Source: Folioceros fuciformis
Taxonomy: Eukaryota
NCBI GenBank assembly: GCA_049999805.1
Contig: JBNGIO010006002.1
Location: 150,882 to 193,122 of the forward strand
Reading direction: 5' to 3'
DNA length: 42,241 bases
Shown: piece after piece, positions 1 to 13,000 of the stretch
Numbering within the stretch: position 1 is the first letter of the stretch
How the letters are laid out: every line of letters begins with the position of its first letter
The notes under the pieces: generated by a model
What the model was told of the DNA's origin: nothing
Database searches by the model: none
Seen by the model: the letters and a program-made list of their open reading frames with translations, nothing else
Position numbers and translations under genes: made by a program

Positions 1-632
1 GGAGGAGGAGGAATGATCCCGGAGGCATCAGACACAGGAGGGGGAGGAAACCTGTACTTGAGATGGGTAGGTGGGGAACGAGGAGGCGACACGGCGTGGG
101 GAACTGGAGGTGGCTTGGGAATCCCACGCACAGCAGGGGTAGGGGCAGGAATGTGGCTACGGTGTACTGGGCTTGGAGGAGGAGGAAATTGGGAGCACAC
201 AAGCAGGGGCTTTGATGGCCGGTAAGCGAATGGTCCCGAGGTGAAGATCACCTCCTCCAGAGACCGGGAATTCAGCACCAACTTGGCCCCCGAGTTCCCT
301 CCCCCCACAGAGGAGGCCATGTTGCACTGGAAGTCGGAGGATGACACCAGATGCGCTTTGCACCCCTTCACTCCATAGATGAGCGGCAAATCGTCCAGAG
401 GTATCCGAAACGACCCATCGGTGCTCGTATAACCCACTGCATTGTAAGTAACGAAGCCGTACACATCAACGCACGTAACTCCCACCTCGGCATCTGACGC
501 ACCCAATCCCACACCCACACCCATACCCACAATTTCGTCAGGAGCATGTGGATTCGTTAGCCAGCAGCGATTGCTGTCAGACAGGTATTGAAAGCAGGAA
601 GAGAAAAAGGCCCACAGATGAGCACATAACCA

Positions 633-671
<39 letters not shown>

Positions 672-1314
672 CTGATGAGTGCAAGTGGCAACATGAAACC
701 ACTGGATTCATAAATCAGCTGACAGAAGAAGCGCACTAAAGTTGTAGACGGTGGAGGACTCCAGAGAGCAAGTTTCAAAACAACAAAGAAAGACCATACC
801 AAGGCTGTAAAATGCGGACACATTCCTATCGAACACTAACGAACAAAGGATTAGCACCTGCAGGTGTGCACGCTGGAAGACTGGAAAAGGGCCGGATCCA
901 GAAACAAGCAAACCAACAAAACAATGTGCGTACGTGCGCAAGTGCAAAGGCCGGCTCCACAAACAAAGCCTAATTGAAGAGCATGGGACATGGAAGAAGC
1001 AAATGCAACGAAGCAGAGCACCACCCAACACCCAATTGACACACGAGAGACCGGGGACGTCAGCATTGGAAAACCCAGCAAGAGAAGGAAACGAAAGGGA
1101 AGGAAAGGAGGCGCCGTTGACCTTCAAGAGGCACGGTGAGGAGGGAGTTGAGCCCCTTCCTGCACTGATCGCAGAAGACATGGCCGCTGACGAGGATTTT
1201 AGGAGCGCGGTGGCTGGCGAGCAGGCCGCCGACGGGGAGCACGGGCGAGGCTCGCACGAGTGGCGCCCACGCCACCAGCGCCAGCAAGAGCAGCGGCACC
1301 AGGAGCTTCACCAT
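1..1314 (-). CDS. Pollen Ole e 1 domain / proline-rich (extensin-like) secreted protein; 3' end runs off the window
   Basis: Exon 1 (1314-1122) reads MVKLLVPLLLLALVAWAPLVRA (signal peptide)...ILVSGHVFCDQC, the Ole e 1 VxGxVxCDxC motif. A GT-AG intron spans 1121-494. Exon 2 (493-<1) reads DAEVGVTC...TSTDGSFRI...GCKAHLVSSSDFQCN...GPFAYRP, then a Pro-rich tail (FPPPPSP, KPPPVP, FPPPP) with no stop before base 1. Confidence 0.88.
631..667. repeat. (CA)n microsatellite in the Ole e 1 intron
   Basis: Run of cacacaca... with a single ta interruption. Confidence 0.95.
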
Positions 1315-2589
1315 GGTAGGAAACGCAGCAGGCAGAGGGAAGAAGCGGAGGAGGAGCAACGAATGCGCGTCCTCCGTCTCCGTCTCCTTCTCCTTCTCCT
1401 CCACTGCCACCTCCGCGTCTGCATCATTCTCCCAGCTCTAAGCTTCCTTCCCTTTCCTTCCCTTCCCTTCCCGGCAGGTGCAGGTGCAGTGCAAGGCACC
1501 CCTCTCTCCTGCAGCCTGCCTGCCTGCCTGCTGCTGCCTTCCCCGGCATTCAGAGCTCTCTCATCACTGCCCACCGCTACTGCCCCCAGCTGGCACCCTC
1601 CCAGGTCTGAGCTGCGATGCGCTCCACATCTCTCCCCCCGTCCTGTCGCCATCTGTGTCAGAGTAGCCCGGCAAGGACCGGGCCGACGGCCGGCTGTGCT
1701 GGGCTGGGCAGTGCAGTGCAGTGCACAGCGCCATCATCATTCCTGTGCCCCCAAAGCGCGTGCTCCAGACTACTGCTGTCTGCTCTCCCTGGGCGCCCTG
1801 GCATCTGCCCTCCTCTGCTCTGCTCTGCTCTCCTCTGCGATACTCCTGACAGGCCCTGCCCATGGCCGTGTCACATGACCCCGGTCAGGTGCAATAACCA
1901 GGCCCAGCCCCCTCACCCAGCGCAGGTTGGTGGAATGTGGGTGTGGGTGCGGTGTCCTGGCCTGCCTTGCCCTGGGCTGGCCTGGGCTAGGCTGGGCTGA
2001 GGTGCTGTCAGGCCGCCATTGCAGTGGTTGCAGTTACAGCTGCAGGGCTGTTCCTCTGCACAAGACGATCCGTGCCATAGCTGGCTCGGTGGAGGTCAAG
2101 CGTGGTCTCGCTACCCTCTGATTCCTGACACCGTCGGAATCGTCTCCCTTTGTCCACTTCAATTCCGTACTGCTTGCTTCTACTCTACCTCGCACCATCG
2201 CACTTCCACGACCCTTCCTCTCCCGAATCAACTCACATAACACTAGTACGATCTAGTTATAGACCATCTATATAACTAACTCGCCAATCATTTCACTGCC
2301 AGGACCCTACCTATTTTATCACCACAAACTTCACCCTCTGCCCAGTTTTAATATAGTTTTTAAATAATATATATAAACAAGACTTCTAAACCCTAAATTA
2401 AAATATATTATAGTTTAAGTTTAGTTTAGTTTACTAACACAACTACTTCCTAAGTTTCATAGCTAGAAATTCTATTCGCACGGCTCCACCCATTGGGCCA
2501 TGTGTGATGTGAGATCCCCAAAATCTTTCTCTTTAGGGTACTTTCTTCAAGAATATTCCCTTACATCCCATTGTACCTTTGTAAGCTAT

Positions 2590-2852
2590 GGAGTACAAGC
2601 CAATTTTTTCTTGTATGCCCGAGAGTAGAGACACATGGAGTACACATCCACACTACAAAGACATGAAGGACAAGCCAATTTTTTCTTGTATGCTAGAGAC
2701 ACATGGAGTACACATCCACATTACAAAGACATGAAATACAAGCCAATTTTTTCTTGTATGCTAGAGACACATGGAGTACACATCCATACTACAAAGACAT
2801 GAAGTACAAGCCAATTTCTTTCTTGTATGCTAGAGACACATGGAGTACACAC
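2590..2852. repeat. 68-bp tandem repeat, about 4 copies
   Basis: The unit aagccaattttttcttgtatgctagagacacatggagtacacatcca...acaaagacatgaa recurs at about 2598, 2672, 2740 and 2808. Confidence 0.93.
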
Positions 2853-3089
2853 CCACACCACGTCCATCCAGTCTATAGTACAAAATGTTTTTTTCTTGAC
2901 ACAAGAGTGGTGGACTTTTTTTCTAGGCACAAGAGACACATGGTACACAGATCCTGTCACAAGAAACTTAGGGCTTGCATGTGTCAAACTCTTATCCATG
3001 AAGAACATGTGTTTATATGGTCCAACATCAATGCTTGCAACAAAGCTAAATTATGTAGTGCCTAATGTGTCTAATGTGTTTTCCAAATA

Positions 3090-3980
3090 TTCAGAATGCA
3101 GCAAGAATGAACTTCAAACCTTGTGTTAGATCTAAAGGTTTAGGGTTCAGAATGCAACAACAATGAACTTTCACGCCTAGTGCTAGATGTGAAGGTTTAT
3201 GGTTCAGAATGCAACAACAATGAACTTCACACCTAGTGCTACAGTGAACTTTAGACCCAACAATGAACTTCACACCTAGTTCTACAATGGACTTTAGACC
3301 TAGTGCTAGATTTGAAGGTTTAGGGTTCAAAATGCAGCAAGAATGAACTTCAAACCTAGTGCTAGACATGAAGGTTTATGATTTAGAATGCAGCAAGAAT
3401 GAACTTCAAAGCTAGTGCTAGATCTGAAGGTTTAGAGCTCAAAATGCAACAAGAATGAACTTCAAAGCTAGTGCTAGATCTGAAGGTTTAGGGTTCAAAA
3501 TGCAATAAGAATCAACTTCAAAGCTAGTGCTAGATCTGAAGGTTTAGGGTTCAAAATGCAGTAAGAATGAAGAACTTCAAAGCTAGTGCTAGATTTGAAG
3601 GTATAGGGTTCAAAATGCAGCAACAATGAACTTCAGAGCTAGTGCTAGATCTAAAGGTTTAGGGTACACAATGCAACAACAATGAACTTCAAACCTAGTN
3701 NNNNNNNNNNNNNNNNNNNNNNNNNNNNNNNNNNNNNNNNNNNNNNNNNNNNNNNNNNNNNNNNNNNNNNNNNNNNNNNNNNNNNNNNNNNNNNNNNNNA
3801 AGTTTAGGGTTCAAAATGCAGCAACAATGAACTTCAAACCTAGTGTTAGATTTATAAGTTTAGGGTTCAAAATGCAGCAACAATGAACTTCAAACCTAGT
3901 GTTAGATCTATAAGTTTAGGGTTCAAAATGCAGCAACAATAAACTTCAAACCTAGTGCTAGATCTCAAGGTCAGGGTTTA
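3090..3980. repeat. 56-bp satellite containing a TTTAGGG telomere-like motif; interrupted by an assembly gap
   Basis: The unit aaaatgcagcaagaatgaacttcaaacctagtgctagatctgaaggtttagggttc recurs with period 56 (e.g. 3441, 3497) and continues on both sides of the N run. Confidence 0.95.
3700..3799. other. Assembly gap (100 N) inside the satellite
   Basis: Run of exactly 100 n, the usual placeholder for a gap of unknown size. Confidence 0.98.
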
Positions 3981-5610
3981 AAGGCACTGATCAAAGGGCT
4001 TAGAGTTTAGATTTGGTGCTTTCAATTTATGGTAATTTTAGCATGTTATGCATTTGCAAAAAAGTTGTACTAATGAATTTAGGAAGTCTTTTCTTGCCAC
4101 AAGTTTCCTATTGTAGGCCATGTGAGTGAACTTGAATAATTTTTTTTATTTTTTAAATATAATTCTTTACAAGTACACAAATAATGTAAAGAACATTAAT
4201 AACCTTAACTTGAATGCATTTCTTAAGGTTTGACCATCTTTTTCCTCATCCAATGTTTAGGCAACCTTATACCAACTTGATGACATGCTTAAGTCCATAT
4301 CACCAGCCAACTAGTATAAGATAAAATAACTAATTACTATATCTATATATGATGACGTTGTTTCTAAGTAAAATTTACGATACCTATGCTGTCTCACGTG
4401 CACTCATACTCATAAGAACTCTTGGGATTAAGCAGTGAACACTCAAACCTTAGATCCATACTTAGATGGGATGCCTGCAATGGAGGATGGGAGGATGTCC
4501 CCTGTAACCATTCCACCATGTGGGGGCGCTAATCCCCCTTTCCACCTTAGCCCTCTAGGACTTGGGATTTACAGCACGGTCTTGGGCTTGACGGCCTTGG
4601 CATGCGAGATGGCAGCCTGCCGTAGAAGGGCTAGCAGTGTGCGAACCAGTTCTCAAAATTCAGGGCCCTGAGTGTTTTGCTGGATGTGGATGTGCGTGCA
4701 TGTCCGCTGGAAACACGGTGCTGGTGGGAGTAGGCGTTCAGAAGTTGGGTGGTTGTTATGCATCGTGGTATGCAGTTTACTGTAAGGGTGTTTGGCAGGA
4801 CAAGTGACAGGATCTATGACAGGCCAGCATCTGTCAAGATGATAGTCAGGAATCCCTTGCACGCTTTAAGCTTGCAGCCGTTTCATCTTCTCCAAAAACT
4901 TTTAGGTTCACAGGAGCTCTGGTGGCACCCTTGCTTGTTGTAGACCAAAGTCTCAGTGACAAAGGGGTCTTCGGGTCTCCACCACTCGCCCCTCACAAGA
5001 TGCTGCAAGACCCTGCGATGGATTGGTCACCGAGTCTTAGGTTCACTGCAGCAAGCACAAACCACCTCCTATAACTTCTATCCAAATCAATCACTGATTT
5101 CCGTCATACCCAGAAGCCAATTCCTGGACAGAGGAGACTTCCTTTTCAGACGGGCATCGCTGCCAAGTCGCTACAGAAGCCACCGGGTCGGGCTAATCGG
5201 TCAGGCAAGCCCGAGGAAGCATTCTGCAGCCTTGGTGTATGGGGAGGGTGCAAACAAGGCCCTGGTGTAGAGCAACGTCATTATAACATCTTACCAGGCC
5301 ATTGGAAAAAACGCCAGACTTCGATGGAGTACCTCCACCTGATGGCTGTGAAAATGACCTCCAAAAATGGAACTTGCTGTTGCCAAGCACTAATACCAAG
5401 GTGTCTTAGTCCGTGGCACTGGACTGCGCTTTCCATGCTGAGAAAAACAGGCAGGCTCCGACTGTTTGCTGGCTGAAGCTGTCAGCATGGCTCCTGCTTC
5501 TGCTAGTGCAGCCTGAAAGTAATGCAAATGGCTGTCGTGGCCAAAAGCTGAGCTCTGTGCTGCAGCAACGGCCACCCTTGTCTGCACACATGGGCTATTG
5601 AAAATTTCCG

Positions 5611-8600
5611 CTATTGTTGTTGAAAGCGGCATGGGTGCGAGTCTCCAATCTGGGGAGTCCTCAAGTTTGGGCAAAACACACTTGGAGTGGGGGCTCCTCC
5701 GTCTTGAGCCCAATGACCAACCAATGTCATCCGTCTTGGGTCCCACTTGGACTGGCAACTCTTTCTTCGAAATGGGGCCTTGAGAAGTAGCGGGTTCAAA
5801 AATGCAGGCAAAGTGTAAGGCCTAGCTGTGTGGCAATTCAAGTGAGAAACTCCCTGCTGGACAGCCGTTCCCTCATAAGTGTCTGCGTGCCTAGCCACTA
5901 CAAATGTATCACTCGGTTCTAGAGTTTTCTGACCTTTTACTTGTGTCAGTGGCTCTGTCTTGTAAGCAAATGGTGCTGTTCCTCCAAGATCTTGAGGTTT
6001 TATCTTTTCACATCTGGTCATTGCTTCGAGCTCCTCCAGTTTCTGAGCTAGCTCTTCTGGCTTCAATTTTATCCCACGCTTGTTGAGCAATGCTATGTCC
6101 TCGAGCTTGACATGTATATGTGGTTTATTTACGATGGGGGCCAAACTTGCACGGGTTGGCCTGTGACCCGGTTCAAATCCTTCTGTAACTCTCGGTACCA
6201 AATCCTGTGCAACAGAGGCTTTAGACAGTGCGTAACACCAGCGGACACTACACAGAGTCAGACTGACTCCAGTACTCCTTGCTTGCTATACCTGAGATTT
6301 GGGCAGGAGCTTGCTGAATGAGATCCTCTGCCTTCCGTCGATCTCCATGTCTGGAGTTACTGAGGTTCCAGTCCCGCGGATGGAAATCCCAACGATGTGA
6401 GCACTTTGAGGTAGGTTGGCACTGTGGTTAGAAGAGGACGCGCAAGAGCTATTTGGTTGTAGGAAAGGAAACCTGGGGGATAATACGGGGGTGTTTTGCA
6501 GCACCAGCTGATTGAGTGGTCTCACAACTGCTTTATATAGTTCCCCCTTTGATGCACCTTTCAAGTCTGCTGCCAATGCTCCATCCATCCCAAGCCTCTC
6601 CAAACAGGCGTTCACCCTTTGCCTACTGTATTCAAGTTCTTCCCTGGGAATCTGGGCGACAAGCCTTGCTCGTTCTTGAGCAGCTTTTCTTTTGGCATCG
6701 AGAATGGCTTTCTCCTTCCGCCTCTCTGCTTCATCCCTTTCGAGCTCTTCTTGCCTGCGGTCCTCACGTACTTTGGATATGATCTCCTTGTTTTTCATGT
6801 CGAAAGAACGTTGAAAGGCTTCTTCCGACCCAGCCAACAAGACACTGTATAGTTTTTGCAGCTTTTCATCCCTTGGCGGATACACCCGCTCAAACTTCCC
6901 CTTGTTTGCCGACTCAAATGCCTCAAAATCTTTGGCCTTCTTCTGTTTTTGACTGCTAGGCGTGTGACTGCCTTCTTGCGGAGTCGACCTTCGAGTCGGC
7001 ACATTGTCAGGTTTTCCATACAACCTCATCTTCGACACCTTCTTCTCCTGGAGCCTCACCTTGAGAATAACGGAGGGATCTATGTGAGCTAGTCGAAGGG
7101 TGTCACTGATCAGAGCCTCTTTCACAGACCGATCCAATGGTGTGTCTACCGAAAAAGACGGTGAATGGTTCACCTACACAGAATTCACAGCACACAGGGA
7201 AGCATTGAGAGCAACGTAAATCAGGTTATAACACGCTGAGGGATGCAAACCTTGTCCGAGGCCATACAAGGTAGCATTCGGAGTAACGTCAAGCAGGATA
7301 TCACAAGCCAAGGGATGCAAGCCTTGTCCAAAGCTTTATCACAGGTTACCATGAACACCACTTCTCTGTCTTTGCAAGGGCAGGACAAAGGGGTGTGTAC
7401 GCTGTGTCTATGTAAGGTGCAGAGGCATACCTCTAACAACCAGGGTCTGCACTTGTCGTCAAGAAGCACATCCAGTCCAAGAAGCTCAAAGCATGAATCT
7501 CCTTGTTCATCCTCCGACAAGTAGGTTTTGGAGTTATGCACCAGCAAAGGCACGATGGGAATGATGGTCATAACGACAATATGACTAATCTGACGCAGCA
7601 GCTTGGCTGTATCAAAACCACGGATTGCCAAAGCATTTAGCAACGCACTCATACTCCACTTGTGGCCCTGATCTGTTTCTCCTTCGCTTTTGTTGAACTC
7701 GAACTTGGGATTGTACTTGTTAACAGAATAGTTAGTGAGATGCATGCAAGCCTGGCGTAAGTTCTTGGAATCTGGCTTCATATACTTCTCTGTACAGAAA
7801 CGCGCAATACCCTCCCTGGAATAGAAGCAGATCACTTATTTCGGATCAAGATGTCAGGAATTCGGACTTGTCAGGTCGACACAAGCAGTGACAAATCGAC
7901 AGGTCAAGGTAGTAACAAGCAAAACAAGTTATTACATTGCGCCACAATGGCAGCTCTTGCAGAGACATCGTGTAGAAAGTAATAAGTAGTGTGTACTTCA
8001 GGGTAAAACCTGTAGAGATAAAGGCGCAGAGGATCACATGAGAGCATGAGAGCATATATTCGAAGATCAAACTTGTAGCCATCCAACAACATCGGATTGG
8101 TCAAGTATTTCTGTGCAAGAAAGTTAGCTCCATTCATTCCTTGGATAGCCTCCTTCACATCTGCAACACTTTGGACCAGGACAACCCCCCGTCCCTGCAA
8201 ACAAACTGCTGTGTCATTACGAGCACACGAACTCTAGCCATTGCTGAACTGACAAGGCGGCACATGACAAAATCACTGGAAGGGTATACAGCCTGCATCC
8301 TTCCCCCAGCTCCTATGTGGATGGAAGGTTGAAAGCAGAGAGGTTCCAAGGATCACATTAGAACTAGAGAGGGTTGGAACGAGTGGCATTCAGGGAAGGA
8401 GAAGGACCTGACAGCCATTATCTGGTTTCAGAATGAATGTCTTAACCCTCGGCACGTTGAAGCTTGAAATCAACAATGGCAGCTGACCAGGCAGAATAAA
8501 AGCACGAGGAAAAAACTTGTATTGAGCAGGAAACATCCTGTTACGTCATGAATCAAGACATTATGTGTGAGAGAGATGCAAAATGAAAAGAGCATCCAAC

Positions 8601-9030
8601 ATGAAACAGCATAAGGCTGTGCATACTTTCGCATCGTCAGAAGATTTCGTGCCAAAGAACGTTTGCGACATATCTCCAGCATTCCATAGAAATGGTTGAC
8701 CTTCTGTCCCTTCTTGAGTTGCAACAATTTTTCGGGACCTATTGAAGTATCTGCAGCAGCGTTCACCTTAATCAGTCGGATACCAATCACATAACTACTG
8801 CACCATCACAACATGCGAATGAGTGCTGAGCGGCCATTCGTGGATGATATTGCACCTGTCCAGAGGAGGTGCCAGCTCTTCTCATTCTCACCAGCTTCAT
8901 CCCAACCGTGCTTCTTCAAGACCTGACGAAGGACCTCATACTTACAACCGGAGAGCTCAACGATTGGCACATCGCTCGTCCTCTTTTTCCTGTTAGAATC
9001 CTTCCCAGAATTCTTCTTCTTCCGAGCCAT
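5611..9030 (-). CDS. TTLL6: Tubulin polyglutamylase, TTLL6/TTLL13-like (tubulin-tyrosine ligase family); C-terminal end uncertain
   Basis: GT-AG exons 9030-8856, 8750-8627, 8537-8408, 8194-8010, 7815-7431, 7173-6292 and 6204-onwards join in frame. TTL motifs are present: KVNHFYGMLEICRK, FILKPDNGCQGRG, QKYLTNPMLLDGYKFDLRIY, HLTNYSVNK, CFELLGLDVLLD, WLLEVNHSPSF. The subfamily call is approximate. Confidence 0.88.
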
Positions 9031-10088
9031 GGCTAAGACAATGAGCAATCAGGCCCTTCCTGCTTACATTGGGCGATCGCCCAACAAGACCCAACAAGGT
9101 AGTTTCAGCCGATTCCCTGAAGCGTCCCGAGCTTCATGTCATGGAGGACCCTTCTACTGATATCTGGGGACAAAGGACCAGGCTAAACCCAGGACTGATT
9201 GCAAGTGTGGCGCATCTTCGCGCCGGGTTTCAGAATTCGAATTAACCCACATGCTCGACTGTGGATCGAATTTGCATTCCTCGATGACAATGAGATCTCT
9301 CGGAATGTATTCCATGTCGATCCTCAACCCCACAATCACATAGCAAAGTTCAAGGTGCCCACATTCTGCATCGTTACAGTTATTTTCCCTGCTGAGGACT
9401 GGCCAGCTAAAATAGGAAAGTACGTTTAGATTATGTCCTTCTTTTATCTCTCTCTTTGAATCTCACAAGTGCGTTCATGCCATGCATCTGACCATCCAGC
9501 CTGGATCCTGGTTGTTGGAGCGATACGATTGTTCTGCCACTGTAGCTGTGGCAGTTCGCCAGTGCAAAGACGGCAGCGAGCAGGCCTGCGGGAATCAGTA
9601 GACTGCCTCTAGTCTTCAGTGGTTCTGCAGACTTGTACAAAATACAGCCCCGCTTTGAATGTCAGGCTTCAGGAGAACTGACAGTGGCCTCATGCACTGA
9701 CTAAAGATGAGCTCCAGAGAATGGGTACGAAGGAGTGTGACTGTTCAAGAGGAGTTTGCTTACAATCTCATCAGGACCAGCGTATACCCGGACTCTGGAC
9801 GGAGAAACCCTAGAAGGAGAACCGTAGGCAGCAGTTAACCTCCTCAACTCAGGAACCTACATCCGAGGAAGCAGTTACATTCCATTGAGGGACACAACCA
9901 CAGGAAATTGCGGACGACTTATCTCCCAAATCATGGGAGTACTTCGTGAGTCAAGTTTCTGCATCTCACAAGCTCCAAAGTAGCTGTATAGTAGTCACGA
10001 TATCTGCAACTGGCTGGATGGGACTAGAGTCTGCTCTAGTTATGTGAATCGAGCCACCTGCTCGGTGCATAAAAGACCAGCAGCAAAA

Positions 10089-13000
10089 ATGCAGCTTCGA
10101 TACATAAGCTCTCCTATACCTGCTATCAACCAGATCGACAAAGTTACAGCACTAGCTTGGTCCCCTAACAGGTTGGTACTGAAATGTGAAATCGACCGAG
10201 CTTCTTTTGATCACTGCTTCAGAGCAAGATACTTACAAGACGACTTCTTGAACAGTCGCAGACTCGCTGCTGTTTCTATGCAACGTGTTGTCAGCTTACT
10301 CGATGAAAATGGGGAACTGAAGGACAAGTTTTCGACAAAGCCTGCAGATCCTAGGGTGCTGGCTTTGAAACCGCATGGTTCAAGTCACAGTGACTTTGAC
10401 TGCCAACAAGTCTCCTACCGCTTAAAAAATGAAAGTCATCTGCCCTGCAGGAATCCAAGAGCTATATAGTAGTGGGCATGGTGTTTTCTCCTGATAGCAC
10501 GAGGTTGGCGATTGCACAAAGTGATCACATCATCTTTGTCTACAGGCTCGGGTACGTTGTGTACGTGCATGCGCATTCTGTTGGTTGCATGTTTTTGTTC
10601 CCTGTCCTGATGAGATTCTGGATGCTGCGTTAGGACGGAATGGGGGGACAAGAAGTCTATATGCAACAAGTTCCAGGAGACTTCCTCGATTGTGAGTATT
10701 GTGTGGCCAAGCAAACATCTCAACGACCTAGTGTTTGGCCTCTTTGATGGCAAAGTGAAGGTGCGATGTAACTTTCCCTCTTGCAGACTTCACCTGAGGA
10801 TTTGGCTTGCACGAGACGTGTTGACATGTTCGTGTTGAAAATTTGGGTTTTAGTCTGGCCATTTACGAACAAACAAGGCGGCAACTGTTTATGCACATGG
10901 AGGTGCGAGTCCTGTTGTAAGCCTCGCTGGTAGCCCTGATGGTTCAGCTTGCCTTGTTGGGCACCTCGATGGTTCAATTTACAGGTTAGAAACGCCATAG
11001 AATGGGATAGTCAGAGTCTTTCATGGAGATAATGTCTAAATGGATGGTCTGATTGCTTTCGGTGTTGTGTCGTCCTTAAGGTTAACTTTTGAGCCTTCCG
11101 GACATGGCATCTCTGCGGTCAAATTGGCAAATCATGGTACTGAGGGCAGCGAAGTCTGATCCAGGCAAACGTTTTCAGAAGCTGTGTGCTTGTCTGGACA
11201 TGCTTCATGTTTACGTTCGTTGCATCAGTTCTCAGAAATATTCCGTCTATAACTGCAAATGCGTATGATTGAATATGCTGCATGCAGGTAGCATTCCTTT
11301 TGTTCTTGCGTGGGGCAAGAGCATTGTTGCCGCAGGACCCGACTGCAAGGTGTTCTTGAATAGCGAATTATGTGCCTAGCTATCTCTCTTTGTTGGCTTG
11401 CATCACAAACTCAAAGCTTGCTCGCTCAACAGGTCGCATTCTTTGATACCAATGGTGGAATTCTGCAACAGTTCGATTACAGCAATATCCAGGTGTGCAC
11501 GATTACCGTGGAATAGACAGCAAAATACAAAGCCTCGCTTTGCCTGAGTTGATGATATGCAACATCCATGTAGGCTGCGCAAGAATTTGTCTCTGTGTGC
11601 TTTAATCCGAGTGGAGAGACAGTGGTGCTTGGGTGTTTCAATGGATTCCATACTTTCAGGTGCTGCATCATTGAGCAATGAGATTCTACAAAATGTTTGT
11701 ACTGGGAAGGACTCGCTTTGTCAGAAACACCAGCTGACCTAGACATTCTACAGCTTGACAGGTCAGAATGGGTTTTGGGAGGATATTGGAGGGATGGAAA
11801 TTGAGAACTTGTACACTGTATCTGCTCTGGCGTGGAAGCCCGACGGCAGGTTCCTGCCTCTTTTGCAACCCTATCTAATTGTGTTGCACGTCAGTGCCTT
11901 AGTTGTGTGTTCCTTATCTTGGGACAGTTTGTGTATAGACACAGTTTGTGTATGGAAACAGCATCCTTCTTGTGAATCAGGACATTGTACTCAGAAGTCA
12001 CTGGATTCAGGTATTTTACAACGGACTCACAGTAATTCCTTGTCATGAAAATTCAGCCAGCTTGCACTCGGCGGTCTGTGTGGGAATGTAGATCTCTTTG
12101 ATGCATGCCTCAGCAGGCACCGGTACCAGGACAAATTTGAATTCACGTACATCACAAAAAGCCAGGTTATGAATCACAACATTTAGAAATTGGGAAACGT
12201 GTAACAGTCCCAGTGTTTTCTGGCCGAAAGTTCTGTTTTGGGCTAAAGATCTGCAGTTGCTAGCAGGTGATCATAAAGAGGTTGTCATCTGGCACAAGGA
12301 TTGTCCTCCGCTCAGACTGTGGATTCGAAATCACCAAAATAAATATATATCATGATCAAGTGCGATCGCGTTGTCAAATGAAAATGTTCATGCTAACACT
12401 GGCTTGCAGTGAAGTTTTCCCACTCTAACCAATTAGACCTGGATTACAGTATCTCATAGCCCACACTCCTGAGACGCTGCTCATGGGCAATTTGGAGAGC
12501 TGCAAACTCTCAGAGGTGGGACACGTAATAGTGTGTAGTAATTTTTGGACCATTACCTCCTCATGATTGCAAAGTACTGCTCAATCAACGGTGATATGCA
12601 TTTATTTGAGACTCCCGAATGCTACAAACCAGGTGCCTTGGTGCGGGAGTGGAAATGAAAAATTTATAGTCGATTATCCGTCACTTTGTATGATCTACAA
12701 CGCAGGGGAGCTTTCCCTGGTGGAGTATGGTTGTAATGAGATATTGGGAACCTGCCGGACAGAGCATTTGACTCAATTTCTCATAAGTGTCCGCCTAAAC
12801 GACCACACATCGGCAGGGCAGGACGATAACAAGAAGATAGCATATCTTATAGACCTCCAGACTATCAGAATTCTTGATCTCGTAAGGTACTCCAACTGTA
12901 TTGTACTTTTCTATGTTCTGCGACATTGATTAGTATTGAGCAAAATGATTTCAGCTCTACACTTAAGCTGCTAATCCACGTGCTCTGAAATCACTTGTGT

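Noticed and set aside
934-1878. 314-aa plus-strand ORF
   Set aside because: It is antisense to the Ole e 1 first exon and runs through GC-rich pentamer microsatellite-like DNA. The translation is low-complexity with no family motif.
2590-3980. Possible CRISPR-like arrays (also 21571-21684, 36205-36357, 42092-42241)
   Set aside because: The units are directly tandem with no unique spacers, there are no cas genes, and the context is eukaryotic.
2240-4430. Helitron termini (CTAG ends, tctatatat)
   Set aside because: No convincing GC hairpin plus CTRR 3' end paired with a TC 5' end could be defined by eye, so it is not called as a mobile element.
9154-9640. Small ORFs between TTLL and IFT172, one with a hydrophobic stretch
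   Set aside because: Short, mostly non-ATG starts and no recognisable domain. More likely UTR or promoter sequence, though not excluded without RNA data.
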